Virus record (IMG/VR): IMGVR_UViG_3300032287_001165
Coordinates: 1-58,727 of that record
DNA from: a virus
Taxonomy: Duplodnaviria; Caudoviricetes
Strand: one strand, 5' to 3'
Length of the DNA stretch: 58,727 bases
A program made the translations under genes and the position numbers. A model generated the notes under the pieces. That model was not told where the DNA came from. It searched no databases and worked only from the letters and a program-made list of their open reading frames with translations. Shown here piece after piece: positions 1-9,335 of this stretch (position 1 is its first letter; every line of letters begins with the position of its first letter).

Positions 1-162
1 AGCCCCTGCCAAAGAAGAATCAAGTCTGTAATACTGCTGAGTCGGAACAATGCCTCGCTGTGTGCCGATAGGTGTAGCGGCAAAGATGGGGCTTGTGTAT
101 TCAATTTGGCCAGCAGCCGCTGGGCTTGTCAGCGTGTCAGAAGTTAAAACAAGTATTGACAT
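1..162 (-). CDS. Tail-associated protein, runs off window edge (MSILVLTSDTLTSPAAAGQIEY...)
   Basis: ATG at 162 just after the stop of the 165..752 ORF; open to the edge; tail-module context. Confidence 0.6.
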   Translation of the reverse strand, partial: MSILVLTSDTLTSPAAAGQIEYTSPIFAATPIGTQRGIVPTQQYYRLDSSLAGA

Positions 163-164
163 GA

Positions 165-752
165 TTACCCTTCGTACAGAATGTTGACAGTGCCAGCATC
201 AAAAGTGTCTGTTCCGTTGACAGTGGTAAGACGAATCATATTTAATGTTCCAGCAAGTGTTTTACCGCCAGCAATAACGCTACAAGAACCCGCAACATCA
301 TAAATATTTCCAATACCAGACCACATATTAGAACCCATTGCTGTAAAAATAAAACTTCCAAAATAACTAGAAGGCCCTGAAGAACCATTAGTAAAAACAA
401 AACCTGCGGAAGATACTTGCGAACGGGTTGTATTGTTGGTAGTTGTAACAATGCCAGCCATTACTGAATAGCCTGTTGTTTCCGCTGAATTATTTACACC
501 TAATTGAATTTGTAAATTGCTTGTGCTGTTTGTACTCACAGCATTTACCATCAAAGTAATTCGTTTAATCCAACTTGGTAAACTTGTGAAGTCAATTGAA
601 GTGCCTGATGTAGACGCAACCGCTGTAGCCAATGTATTGACAGCATTTGTCGCAGTGGCGGCTTGAAGTGTCAGCGTGTTTGTCCCCGCAACAGCAGGGG
701 CGGCAATCGTTACCTGTCCTGATGTGTCGCCTGTTAATACAAGTGAAGCCAT
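165..752 (-). CDS. Tail fibre / receptor-binding-like protein
   Basis: 195 aa, Thr/Ser/Gly-rich; N-terminal LxGDTSGxVTIxAPAVAG and C-terminal FDAGTVNILYE typical of phage fibre modules. Confidence 0.65.
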   Translation of the reverse strand: MASLVLTGDTSGQVTIAAPAVAGTNTLTLQAATATNAVNTLATAVASTSGTSIDFTSLPSWIKRITLMVNAVSTNSTSNLQIQLGVNNSAETTGYSVMAGIVTTTNNTTRSQVSSAGFVFTNGSSGPSSYFGSFIFTAMGSNMWSGIGNIYDVAGSCSVIAGGKTLAGTLNMIRLTTVNGTDTFDAGTVNILYEG

Positions 753-761
753 TTCAATCCT

Positions 762-971
762 TTACAGAATAACCCAGCGTGAGCCAGAGGGTAGGGTTAC
801 TGTGACCCCTGTGTTTAGGGTGATTGGCCCGACAGACATGGCGCATGATCCTGATGTGATGGTGTACGAAGCTGTGACTGTCTTGGTGTTTTCGTAGATC
901 GGTACGAGCGGGGCAAACGACTGCCCACTGCCGTCACCAACCATTGAAGAAGCTACTTTAGTCAGTGCCAT
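762..971 (-). CDS. Small tail-associated protein
   Basis: 69 aa ending SVGPITLNTGVTVTLPSGSRWVIL; coupled to neighbour. Confidence 0.6.
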   Translation of the reverse strand: MALTKVASSMVGDGSGQSFAPLVPIYENTKTVTASYTITSGSCAMSVGPITLNTGVTVTLPSGSRWVIL

Positions 972-1135
972 CAGTTATTCTCCTCTGCGGGCAATGGCGT
1001 GTTGCCAGCTTCAAGCCAGCGCAGGTACTCTTGGTAGTCGGTGTTGGCTGGGTCGAATGGAATGCAAGCGTTGTCTGCAATCCGTTTTACTGTTTTGATT
1101 TCGCCTGTGATTGAGTCTTTTACTAATTTATACAT
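971..1135 (-). CDS. Small tail-fibre assembly/chaperone-like protein (54 aa, not in ORF track)
   Basis: Hand translation MYKLVKDSITGEIKTVKRIADNACIPFDPANTDYQEYLRWLEAGNTPLPAEENN; fills the gap exactly, TGATG overlap. Confidence 0.75.
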   Translation of the reverse strand: MYKLVKDSITGEIKTVKRIADNACIPFDPANTDYQEYLRWLEAGNTPLPAEENN

Positions 1136-1136
1136 T

Positions 1137-2069
1137 TTATAACTCTATGTTTGCAGTCCAAACTGCTGATTTTGTGCCGTAACTATTGGTGGCTCCATTT
1201 TTATACATACGACTCCTGTAAAAAGTTAAGTTTGTAGCATCAACACCGCCATCTGTCCATGTTCCACTCATAGAAACACTAGATTCCGTTACTGTTGGGG
1301 TAGCTCTTTTTGCAACAACAAATTGAGGGAAACTGTATTGACTTGTACCAGCATCCCAGTTTGCACCACTTAAGTTTGGAGCATTTATAATTGCGCTGCC
1401 ACCGCCAACTTCATAATATCTTTGGCAAAGTTGGAATTCAGTCCCATACGAACGATACTCAAACGGGGAGGCAGTGCTTCCCGCTTCAAGCTGCACATTA
1501 CCAATCACCCAAGTTCCAGATGTTTGTGCGCCAACAGTGAAAACAATTTCAATGCCTGTTGTAGCGGCTGATGGAATACTGATTTGAGTGCTGTAATTTG
1601 TCAGTGTTGAAGTAACAGTGAATGTTCCAGTAGAAATCTGTGTCCTCGTCGGGCTTGCCAATGTGCCAAATGTGTCAGCAGTGTTAGCGTAATAAGCAGT
1701 CCATGTCACAGTGGTCAACAAACTATTTGAAATATTGACAGACAAAGTGGCGGTAGAACCAGCCATGTCGTAGCTATTTAATTGCTCAATTCGTTGACCA
1801 ATGCCCACCGCAGTGACAGATGCCGCACCAGTAATTTGCAAATTGTTTTTGATTGCGCCTGAGCCAGCAACTTGTGCCGCAGTGACATTTGCGCCAGTGC
1901 AATAAACATAAAACCTATCAACAGTTGAATAACCAGCGGCAATAGTAGAACCTGCAGTAATTGTTGCAGACGTTGCCCTTTGCGCAATTTGCATCGCACC
2001 ATTGATGATCCTATTGCGGAAGGTGGTGTTGTTTGAGCCTTGTTGGGCAATGGTCACTGCGTTGGTCAT
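1137..2069 (-). CDS. Tail fibre protein with carbohydrate-binding-like domain
   Basis: FRNRIINGAMQIAQR ... VQLEAGSTASPFE ... LCQRYY signature common in phage fibres. Confidence 0.7.
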   Translation of the reverse strand: MTNAVTIAQQGSNNTTFRNRIINGAMQIAQRATSATITAGSTIAAGYSTVDRFYVYCTGANVTAAQVAGSGAIKNNLQITGAASVTAVGIGQRIEQLNSYDMAGSTATLSVNISNSLLTTVTWTAYYANTADTFGTLASPTRTQISTGTFTVTSTLTNYSTQISIPSAATTGIEIVFTVGAQTSGTWVIGNVQLEAGSTASPFEYRSYGTEFQLCQRYYEVGGGSAIINAPNLSGANWDAGTSQYSFPQFVVAKRATPTVTESSVSMSGTWTDGGVDATNLTFYRSRMYKNGATNSYGTKSAVWTANIEL

Positions 2070-2230
2070 GCTAATTGTTCCTCAGTTGGACGCGGTAATG
2101 TTGGGTGATTCCACGCCGCTATATAGTCCCCATGACCGTCAGAATCATTCTGCAAGCGGATGGTGTCTACGAAGTCCGCATCTTGCAGCTCAGGGTAGAG
2201 TGCTTTGATTTTTTCGTAAAGTGTCATCAT
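2066..2230 (-). CDS. XkdW-like tail fibre chaperone
   Basis: LQNDSDGHGDYIAAWNHPTLPRPTEEQL resembles XkdW; start moved to 2230 (ATGA overlap). Confidence 0.65.
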   Translation of the reverse strand: MMTLYEKIKALYPELQDADFVDTIRLQNDSDGHGDYIAAWNHPTLPRPTEEQLA

Positions 2231-3258
2231 GCCGACCTCACAAGTGCTGCTGAAAATTGACAACGACTTGCGTCAAGTGCTTGCGGGCTTGTTCCGCCAA
2301 CATAAGCATACGCCTCCAAATAATCCGTAGAGCCATTCAAATAAACAACCCCTGAATACACAGCAGAAATATTGCCCCATAAGTTTGTGGTTGGCCTATT
2401 ATCTGTTCCTGTTTTAAAAGACGAACCGTTTTTGTACAAGCTGACAATGGCAATGTTAATATTTGTAGAGGCTGAATAATAATTACAAACAATGTTTACT
2501 TGGTAATAGCCTGCAACATTTGGGGTAAAACGATAATTTGTTGTTGGGTCATAACAAGAAGCAGTATCAAACTCTTCACTGTTGAATGTAATTTTTGTAT
2601 TAACACCAGAACTAAGTGTTTGACTTGATGTTATGGTGGCGCTAAACGCAGGCCCAGTACCGGCAACGCCTGTTGCTAAATATGTTTGTGTGACACCGCC
2701 AGAACCAATGTTTGCAAGCGCAGAGCCACCAGCCAAATAAGTAGACGACACACTGCCTGCGGTCGCAGGAATGGCATTCAACACACTGGAGACATAAAAG
2801 CTCTCAGTCACCACTGTATCGCCTGCGGTGCAGGCGTTGGTCAAGACAACTGTTGTTCCTGTGGTGGCTGTGAAATCTGTTGAGACAAGGCGCACACCGT
2901 TTCTGTACACGTCAATGTAGCCAACGGTATAGCTTGGGGTTGAGAACGATGTCTGTCCTGCGGTCGCAGTGAAATTGGTCACAGTCCTGTAGGCCGTGGT
3001 GGTCACGCCCGATGCTGGGATGCCAAGGTAGCGAACAGAGATGTTGCTTGTCCCGCTCGGCGGGGCAGCAGAGAATGTCAGCGTTGTGCCGGATACTGAA
3101 TATGTCGATGGATCTTGCACCACACCAGTCACAGCCACAAGAATAGACGACGTGTTTGCCGGAGCCACCGTCATGGTGAACGCAGTCTGACTTCCCGTCC
3201 CGCTGAACGTGTCAGTCAGGAAGGCTACTGAGATTGGTGAGTTGCCGATATAGCTCAT
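2227..3258 (-). CDS. Tail fibre protein with C-terminal C1q-like domain
   Basis: Start MSYIGNSP at 3258 (ATGA overlap); C-terminal AFSA...FNSEEFD...YRFTPNVAGYY matches C1q-type pattern. Confidence 0.7.
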   Translation of the reverse strand: MSYIGNSPISVAFLTDTFSGTGSQTAFTMTVAPANTSSILVAVTGVVQDPSTYSVSGTTLTFSAAPPSGTSNISVRYLGIPASGVTTTAYRTVTNFTATAGQTSFSTPSYTVGYIDVYRNGVRLVSTDFTATTGTTVVLTNACTAGDTVVTESFYVSSVLNAIPATAGSVSSTYLAGGSALANIGSGGVTQTYLATGVAGTGPAFSATITSSQTLSSGVNTKITFNSEEFDTASCYDPTTNYRFTPNVAGYYQVNIVCNYYSASTNINIAIVSLYKNGSSFKTGTDNRPTTNLWGNISAVYSGVVYLNGSTDYLEAYAYVGGTSPQALDASRCQFSAALVRSA

Positions 3259-3806
3259 ACCGCAATCTCCGTGACAGTCATTGAAGAAATACAAACGCCG
3301 CCAAAAATTTGATTTGATGCACTGGCATTAACTGTTGTTGTTCCAGCGGAATTCTGTCCGTAACGCAATTTGAATGTTGTGGAAGATGTTGTTCCAGAAG
3401 TCATGTAATAAGTCAATGGAATAGTCACGCCACCTGTTGCAGACGCCATATAGGAAGTAGTTGCCGCAATCGCATTTGCTGTTGAATCTTGGAATATGGT
3501 AATTATTAGCCAACCTCCAGCACTTGAACTGAGTTCCACATTGGCAGTTATCAAAAGTTTTGTTGTTGCGCTTGTTGGGGTAATGGAAACTGTGAATAAT
3601 TCTGCGCCCTCAGTATTTTGAGGAATTGTGTTATCAAGCGGGATAGTAGTTGTTGTTGATGCAAGCGCCCCTGATTGCACATTTACAACTTGCAATACTG
3701 CACCGGCGTAGCCTATCTTTGCTCGGGTAACCGAACTAGAAGCAAGTTGAGTTGATCCAACCGAACTGCTTGCCAATCCATCTGATCCAATTGTGCTTAT
3801 TGCCAC
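3255..3806 (-). CDS. Tail fibre-like protein
   Basis: 183 aa; GAVLQVV...ITPTSATTKLLI...TVTEIA pattern of phage fibre heads. Confidence 0.6.
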   Translation of the reverse strand: MAISTIGSDGLASSSVGSTQLASSSVTRAKIGYAGAVLQVVNVQSGALASTTTTIPLDNTIPQNTEGAELFTVSITPTSATTKLLITANVELSSSAGGWLIITIFQDSTANAIAATTSYMASATGGVTIPLTYYMTSGTTSSTTFKLRYGQNSAGTTTVNASASNQIFGGVCISSMTVTEIAV

Positions 3807-4150
3807 GGTGTCACCTCAACCCAGTTTGTTGTAGCTTCATCCCAGCCATAAATTTTTCCGTCTGTTGGCATGGGAATGGGTGATTCCCACAAACATGTTT
3901 CTTCGTTCAATACCCAGCTTGGGAATGTTTTTGGCGGGATAAAAGCATCTCTTTGTCTGTCATAGGCAAAACCAATACCCGCATAGTTTTTACGAAGAGG
4001 TCTGCCTTCTGGATGTTGACCACCATGCGTGTTGTATGAAGTCTGAATCCATTCGCCGGGGCTTGTATCCACAAACGTGTCAAAGAACTCAGGCTCAGCA
4101 ACGATAACTTGAACAACAACGCCATCACAAACTTTTGCAAAATGACTCAT
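3797..4150 (-). CDS. Conserved tail-associated protein
   Basis: MSHFAKV...WIQTSYN...LRKNYAGIG...DAFIPP...W motif; typically follows glycine-rich fibre genes. Confidence 0.7.
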   Translation of the reverse strand: MSHFAKVCDGVVVQVIVAEPEFFDTFVDTSPGEWIQTSYNTHGGQHPEGRPLRKNYAGIGFAYDRQRDAFIPPKTFPSWVLNEETCLWESPIPMPTDGKIYGWDEATTNWVEVTPWQ

Positions 4151-5379
4151 GCTGTGTAACTCCCAGACGAAGTAAACTTTAAGATGGTGTTTGCGCCTGA
4201 CGTAGTCACAGTTGGTGAGCCTGTAGTTGTTCCTGTGTAGTTGATTGTTGGAACTGCAAGGATGACAACACCAGAACTTCCCGTGCCGCCAGCATTATTG
4301 CCGCCACCACCAGTGCCGCCATTACCAGTGTTTGCGCTAACAGCAGTGCCGCCAGCGGCATAAGTTACTGCGGAGCCTGTGATAGAAACAGACAAGCCAA
4401 CTCCGGCAGTCGACCCAGATGCTGCGCCTCCAGCACCGCCACCAGCACCGGGGTTAAAGTTACCCGGGCCACCAGAGCCAGCATTTCCTTGACCTGACGT
4501 TGCTGTACCACCACTTGTAGCAGATCCAACACCGCCGCCACCGCCACCCGAACCACCATTTCCGCCATTACTGTTACCTGAGCCATAACCGCCACCTATA
4601 GCGGTCAAACTAAGACCAGTTGAATTAGTTCCTTGAGTACCGTTTGTAGGCGAACCGCCTGCACCTCCAGCACCGCCACCGCCAACAACAAACGAATATG
4701 TAGTCCCAGCACTCAATGTTGATGTGCCTTGCAATAAACCCCCAGCGCCAGCTGATCCGCCATTATTTACAGTGCTTTGAGCGCCACCACCACCGCCACC
4801 TCCGGCAACAATAAGATATGAAACTGGATACGAAGTGTACGCATAAATAACTGCCCAGCCTGTAGACTGATAAGCCTCATATTGGGAAATTGTGGTGTTG
4901 TAGCGCATCATTCCAACAAGCGGGCTTGCAGGTCTTTGTGCAGTTGTGCCAGCAGGTAAATCAAAATACCCAGTAGATGTGTTGTCTTGATCTGAAACTG
5001 CGGTTGGCGTTACTGATACTGTTTGCCAAGAATTATCGCCCCGCAAAAATGTAGAAGAACTTGCTGTTCCTGTTGCTGTTAAAGCAGTTAAACCAACCGT
5101 ACCCTGACCCGGCGCAATAACCTGCGTGATCGGGCTTGTGTAATACACATAAATGTTGTTCGTGCCGCTGGACGGGGCAGAGGTAAACGTGATGGTGTTG
5201 CTGCTGACTGTGTAAGCGTCCGATGGCTTTTGAGGCACATTGTTGACAACCACCTGCACCTGCGCCACAGAGGCCACTGGGCGAGACAACGTAAACGCCG
5301 TGGTCGAAGCATTCCCGCTGAAGAAATCTACAGCAGGTGTAAACGCCTGTGTGGTTGGAGTGTTGCCAAGAAAAGCCAT
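4147..5379 (-). CDS. Glycine-rich tail fibre protein
   Basis: 410 aa; LPAGTTAQRP...MRYNTT linker, YLIVAGGGGGG glycine-rich domain, ends FTSSGSYTA. Confidence 0.75.
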   Translation of the reverse strand: MAFLGNTPTTQAFTPAVDFFSGNASTTAFTLSRPVASVAQVQVVVNNVPQKPSDAYTVSSNTITFTSAPSSGTNNIYVYYTSPITQVIAPGQGTVGLTALTATGTASSSTFLRGDNSWQTVSVTPTAVSDQDNTSTGYFDLPAGTTAQRPASPLVGMMRYNTTISQYEAYQSTGWAVIYAYTSYPVSYLIVAGGGGGGGAQSTVNNGGSAGAGGLLQGTSTLSAGTTYSFVVGGGGAGGAGGSPTNGTQGTNSTGLSLTAIGGGYGSGNSNGGNGGSGGGGGGVGSATSGGTATSGQGNAGSGGPGNFNPGAGGGAGGAASGSTAGVGLSVSITGSAVTYAAGGTAVSANTGNGGTGGGGNNAGGTGSSGVVILAVPTINYTGTTTGSPTVTTSGANTILKFTSSGSYTA

Positions 5380-5380
5380 A

Positions 5381-5704
5381 TCAGACCACCGTCAAACCAG
5401 AAACCCAAGCATCAGCGGAGGATGCCGCGCTCACTGCAATTTTTAACGCATCGGATGCTTGCAGAATAATTCTGTTGCCTTGAATTACTTCCAATGAACC
5501 ACCAACCGGCACGGTGGCTGTCTCCACCAAGTAATAATTGACTGCTGAACGTGTTATGTACACGTCGCAAGTGATAGGCGAAGTAACTGTGTTGGACACC
5601 ACAAGGCTGGCTACCGCCAAAGTGCCAGATGAAACCGTGGTCACAGTTGACCCGCTGGTGCTTATGTTCTTGACTGCGTACGATACGTTGGTGTAGGTCG
5701 CCAT
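5381..5704 (-). CDS. Virion structural protein (tail region)
   Basis: 107 aa beta-rich ORF tightly packed in tail operon. Confidence 0.6.
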   Translation of the reverse strand: MATYTNVSYAVKNISTSGSTVTTVSSGTLAVASLVVSNTVTSPITCDVYITRSAVNYYLVETATVPVGGSLEVIQGNRIILQASDALKIAVSAASSADAWVSGLTVV

Positions 5705-5707
5705 TTC

Positions 5708-6145
5708 TTATCCCATCATAAAAGCAAAATAGTACGCTTGGTCAACACTCGCCCCGGTATTTTCTTGCCAAGACGGGGCTACGCCCGTGCCGTTGGATGT
5801 CAGCAAATACCCGCTTGTACCCGGATTGTTGCTTGAGACTACGGTTGTTTCTGCGGGTTGAGTGACAAACACGTCCTTTGTACCGGCGCTGAAAACGACC
5901 AATGACCCGGCATTGCTGGAAGCCAGCACAGTGTTTCTGGCAAGCGTTGTACCCGAAGATGTGTACGTGCCAATACCAACTTCCCACTCTGTGCCACTCT
6001 GAGCTGAAATTGTGTAATAGGTGGTGTTGGCGTTCCCGATGACAGCAAACGACTGATACCCAGTCGATGCCCCGAGCAGAGTCACTGTTCCCGTACCAGT
6101 CGTCGTGGTTGTCTCTTTTACTCGGTCTGCAAGTACAAAAGCCAT
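5708..6145 (-). CDS. Tail fibre proximal/adaptor protein
   Basis: MAFVLADRVKETTTTTGTGT...WEVGIGTY...FSAGTKDVF motif; AAGGA RBS. Confidence 0.65.
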   Translation of the reverse strand: MAFVLADRVKETTTTTGTGTVTLLGASTGYQSFAVIGNANTTYYTISAQSGTEWEVGIGTYTSSGTTLARNTVLASSNAGSLVVFSAGTKDVFVTQPAETTVVSSNNPGTSGYLLTSNGTGVAPSWQENTGASVDQAYYFAFMMG

Positions 6146-6153
6146 GTGTGTCC

Positions 6154-7065
6154 TTATTCCGTCTCAACCAACGTCCAGTCGGATGTCTCTGTGTCATCCA
6201 CCAACGCCCAGTTGGACGTTTCTGAGTTATCGACCAAAGTCCAGTTGGCTGATTCCGCGTTATTCACCAACGCCCAGCCAGCAGATTGGGAATTGTTGAC
6301 ATTTTGCCAGTTTGCGGTCTGGCTGTCATCTACCAACTTCCAGTAGATAGCAATCACATTTCCAACCGCGCCTGCGGCTTGCACCCCAGACAGGGCAACC
6401 GAAACGTTCTTGACTACCGAGCCAACCGATCCAGTTGCACTGTCTCCAGTTATTCCGGCAACCTGCGCAAACTCGACATTACCAGCAGCGCCGTTTGCCT
6501 GAACCCCAGTTAACTCCCTTATCAGGTTGTAAGTGACTGTTCCAACTTCGCCTATAGCTACGTCGCCGGTTGTTGCGTCCGACTCGTTGTAGAGCATTGT
6601 CCCGACAGCGCCGGAAGCCTCTACGCCTGTCAGCGCGACCGTTCTTTCGCCAACCGTTACAGTGCCAACCGCGCCCGAAGCCTCTACGCCCGACAGAGCA
6701 AGCGTCAGCGCTGCTGCGGGCGCACCAACAAAGCAATCGGCGCGAACTTCTTGTATCTCAGGGAAGTTGGTTTCATCTACCCCGCCAGTCTCGGCAAGAA
6801 CAAAAACTCCTGTTAGAGGGATAGAAATATCAACGCTGACTGTTCCAACGCTACCTGTTGCCTGATCCCCTGTTATTGCCTGAGAGCCTTCGGCTACAAC
6901 TGTACCTACATTACCTACGGCTTCGACGCCAGTCAGGGCAAACGCCTTGACAAGCTCAACAGTCCCAACATTTCCAGACGCAGATACACCCGTCAGGGCA
7001 ACGACGACTACATTCTCACCAAGAGCGGCGTACGGTGACTGGGCGTATGCGGATATACCAAACAT
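6154..7065 (-). CDS. Repetitive virion protein (LTGVxAxGxVG repeats; C-terminal 11-aa Trp repeats)
   Basis: Repeats visible in translation; MFGISAYAQSPY start. Confidence 0.65.
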   Translation of the reverse strand: MFGISAYAQSPYAALGENVVVVALTGVSASGNVGTVELVKAFALTGVEAVGNVGTVVAEGSQAITGDQATGSVGTVSVDISIPLTGVFVLAETGGVDETNFPEIQEVRADCFVGAPAAALTLALSGVEASGAVGTVTVGERTVALTGVEASGAVGTMLYNESDATTGDVAIGEVGTVTYNLIRELTGVQANGAAGNVEFAQVAGITGDSATGSVGSVVKNVSVALSGVQAAGAVGNVIAIYWKLVDDSQTANWQNVNNSQSAGWALVNNAESANWTLVDNSETSNWALVDDTETSDWTLVETE

Positions 7066-7090
7066 GGTCTACGGCCTGCGCCGCCTCCGC

Positions 7091-7567
7091 TTAGGTTGTA
7101 GCCAGACGCAACAGTGCTGTGGAAGTGGTGTTTGCAGGCATGGTCAGCGTAAAAGTGCCTGCTGTAATGGTCTGAGAACCAAATGTGTGGACGCTCACCG
7201 CCTTGTTACTCTGCGATGCGTTGTAGATCAACACGGCATCAAACGCTGTGGTCAACGTCACTGAGGTGTAAGTCAAGCTGGCAGAAGGTGTCCAGTAGGC
7301 TACGCCAGCAGTTGCTGATGCGTTTGTTGCAATTGGAGCGGTTCCGTTTGTTACAACCACACCTCCAGCAGAATACCCCGCACCTGTTACTTCTCCAGTT
7401 GTTGAATACACGGTAGTTGCTGCGTTGATGGTGGCAGAAGCCAAGTACAAAGCGCCCCTGAAAGTGTCAGCGGCTGAAGATGCGCGGGTTGGTGCAGTGC
7501 CAAAGTTGTGTGTTGCAGTCAGCAGCTCGCCCATGAACGAGGTACACATTGATTGGGTATTTGCCAC
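7091..7567 (-). CDS. Virion structural protein, paralog of 7773..8198
   Basis: GTG start with AAGGAG RBS; shared ALY...GEV..GY.AGG...LIY...FG motifs. Confidence 0.7.
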   Translation of the reverse strand: MANTQSMCTSFMGELLTATHNFGTAPTRASSAADTFRGALYLASATINAATTVYSTTGEVTGAGYSAGGVVVTNGTAPIATNASATAGVAYWTPSASLTYTSVTLTTAFDAVLIYNASQSNKAVSVHTFGSQTITAGTFTLTMPANTTSTALLRLATT

Positions 7568-7578
7568 TTGGATTCTCC

Positions 7579-7773
7579 TTAAAACGAAGCTGCTTCACCA
7601 CCGGCGAATACCGGCGGCTTCTTCAAAGTCACATGCGCGGAACGGTGGACAAGCTCGCCATCCAACCAGTATTCAACCCATGTGGTGAGTTCATTGTCAT
7701 TATCGACTGTGCCTTCCTTCTTTACAAGCAAGGAGTCATCCATTTCGCCTTTGGTTGTCGTTACAAGTGCCAT
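7579..7773 (-). CDS. Hypothetical protein (MALVTTTKGEM..., 64 aa)
   Basis: Start moved to 7773 (TAATG overlap); WVEYWLDGELVHRSAHV. Confidence 0.65.
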   Translation of the reverse strand: MALVTTTKGEMDDSLLVKKEGTVDNDNELTTWVEYWLDGELVHRSAHVTLKKPPVFAGGEAASF

Positions 7774-8198
7774 TACACGATCCTTATGATTGCTGTGGTA
7801 TCTGTGGCAGCAGGGAACTGAACCACAAAAGTTGTTGTCGATGTTTTGTTTGCGCCGAAATCTAAAACACAGACTGCGCCATTGTCGCCTGCTTTGTAGA
7901 TCAACGCGCCACGGGCTGTGATTGCGCCTGTCCAAGAAGCGTTTGCAAAGGAAATGTACGCCGTTGTGTTTGGTGCATTGCCCGTGGTCGGTGTCTGATT
8001 TATTGTAAGAATCTGGCCACCTGCCGTATACCCAGAAGCCACAACCTCGCCCGTAGTCGTATAAGCAGTGGTAGTCGCATCAAGCGTGGCTTCATTGGTA
8101 TAGAGTGCAATGTAGAACGTGCCTGACGTAAAGTTAAACGTGCCGTTCAGCAAACCTGTACGGAACGTGTTGCAAGTGTAGTTGCCAGTAAACGCCAT
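7773..8198 (-). CDS. Virion structural protein
   Basis: 141 aa; coupled to neighbours; paralog of 7091..7567. Confidence 0.7.
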   Translation of the reverse strand: MAFTGNYTCNTFRTGLLNGTFNFTSGTFYIALYTNEATLDATTTAYTTTGEVVASGYTAGGQILTINQTPTTGNAPNTTAYISFANASWTGAITARGALIYKAGDNGAVCVLDFGANKTSTTTFVVQFPAATDTTAIIRIV

Positions 8199-8935
8199 TA
8201 CTTGACTCCATTGTTCTGAGGCAACGGAGCCACTCTGTACTGACCACTGCGATACGCATCGCTGCGCTCCAGACCATCGCCCAGACGGATAGCCAAGGCA
8301 AGTGCTTCCTTGTATTTCATGTCGTATCCGGTGATGATGTCAACCTCACCCTTCATAAAGGTGTATGCCTCCACCAAGGAGCCGTAGAGCAGCACAGAGT
8401 CAAAGTTGTCACCCAGCCATGTGGTCAAAGCTGTGGTGATGGATTCTGGGTAGTAGTAATAGTGCAGCTCGACGTAATACGCGGCATCCGGTGTTGGGCC
8501 AAGAATAAGAGACAGCTCATTTGTGATTGCTGAACTGACAATTGTGGGGCCAAACAGCGCGTAGTATTTTGGCTCGCCTGTATCGTTGGGGCTTGGGTAC
8601 GCCTGACGGATGAAGTTCACATCCTTGTTGAGTAGATACTCAAACGTGCCGGTATCCAAGTTTCCGCCGGTAACACCTGTCACCAACGCCAACGAATAGA
8701 CAGACAAGAAGTCGTTTGGCAAAGATATGTACTTGTTGTTTGCCGTGATTGGGGTGTATTGATTCTTGCGCAAAGACGGGAACTGAACCGAGTTGTAAAT
8801 GCGTTGTTCAGCCTGCTGGATGAACCGATTGATCTGAGTGGTTGAATTCTCAGTCGATCCATCAGCAAGGTATACATCGGGAAACTGGTTCTCCGTGTAA
8901 GACTGAATCGCAGTTACAAGCTGGCTGTAATTCAT
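8198..8935 (-). CDS. Head-tail adaptor / tail tubular-like protein
   Basis: MNYSQL..AIQSY...FIQQAEQRI...PTPD...LLYGSLVEAY pattern of podovirus connector proteins. Confidence 0.65.
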   Translation of the reverse strand: MNYSQLVTAIQSYTENQFPDVYLADGSTENSTTQINRFIQQAEQRIYNSVQFPSLRKNQYTPITANNKYISLPNDFLSVYSLALVTGVTGGNLDTGTFEYLLNKDVNFIRQAYPSPNDTGEPKYYALFGPTIVSSAITNELSLILGPTPDAAYYVELHYYYYPESITTALTTWLGDNFDSVLLYGSLVEAYTFMKGEVDIITGYDMKYKEALALAIRLGDGLERSDAYRSGQYRVAPLPQNNGVK

Positions 8936-9132
8936 GCCATCGGGCCTCTGGCCAACTTGCCTTTGGTCTGTGCTTTACCACCACGCACCACAATCCCAGA
9001 AGTTTTCATGGGAGGATAGTCTTGGCTACGTGTGTTGGCGACAGACACGTTTGCTTTGCGCATGGTTGTCTTTGCTGGCTCTTCACCAACAACGACATTA
9101 GGTTTTTTGGTGGCTTGTTTGTATGTGGCCAT
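8932..9132 (-). CDS. Small basic protein
   Basis: 66 aa, Lys/Arg-rich; ATGA overlap with next gene. Confidence 0.7.
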   Translation of the reverse strand: MATYKQATKKPNVVVGEEPAKTTMRKANVSVANTRSQDYPPMKTSGIVVRGGKAQTKGKLARGPMA

Positions 9133-9133
9133 C

Positions 9134-9328
9134 TCAGCCTCCGCGACCAGAAGAACGCTGGTTCATTATCTTGGCCATGTTGCGACCATACTTGAGCATG
9201 TCACTGTTGGTTTTACCGCCAGCGCGAAGCTTGGTCATGGGTTTGCCGGGGTGTAGCTTTTTCTCGTGCTTGTGCACGGCCCCAGCAATCATCTTTTTGT
9301 CTTGTGCTAAATCTTTCTTGTCCATCAT
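9134..9328 (-). CDS. Small basic protein (MMDKKDLAQDKK...)
   Basis: AAGGAG RBS before 9328; Lys-rich; contains LRAGG. Confidence 0.7.
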   Translation of the reverse strand: MMDKKDLAQDKKMIAGAVHKHEKKLHPGKPMTKLRAGGKTNSDMLKYGRNMAKIMNQRSSGRGG

Positions 9329-9335
9329 CGACTCC

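Noticed and set aside
1137-5379. Diversity-generating retroelement acting on fibres
   Set aside because: No reverse transcriptase and no adenine-variant TR/VR pair seen
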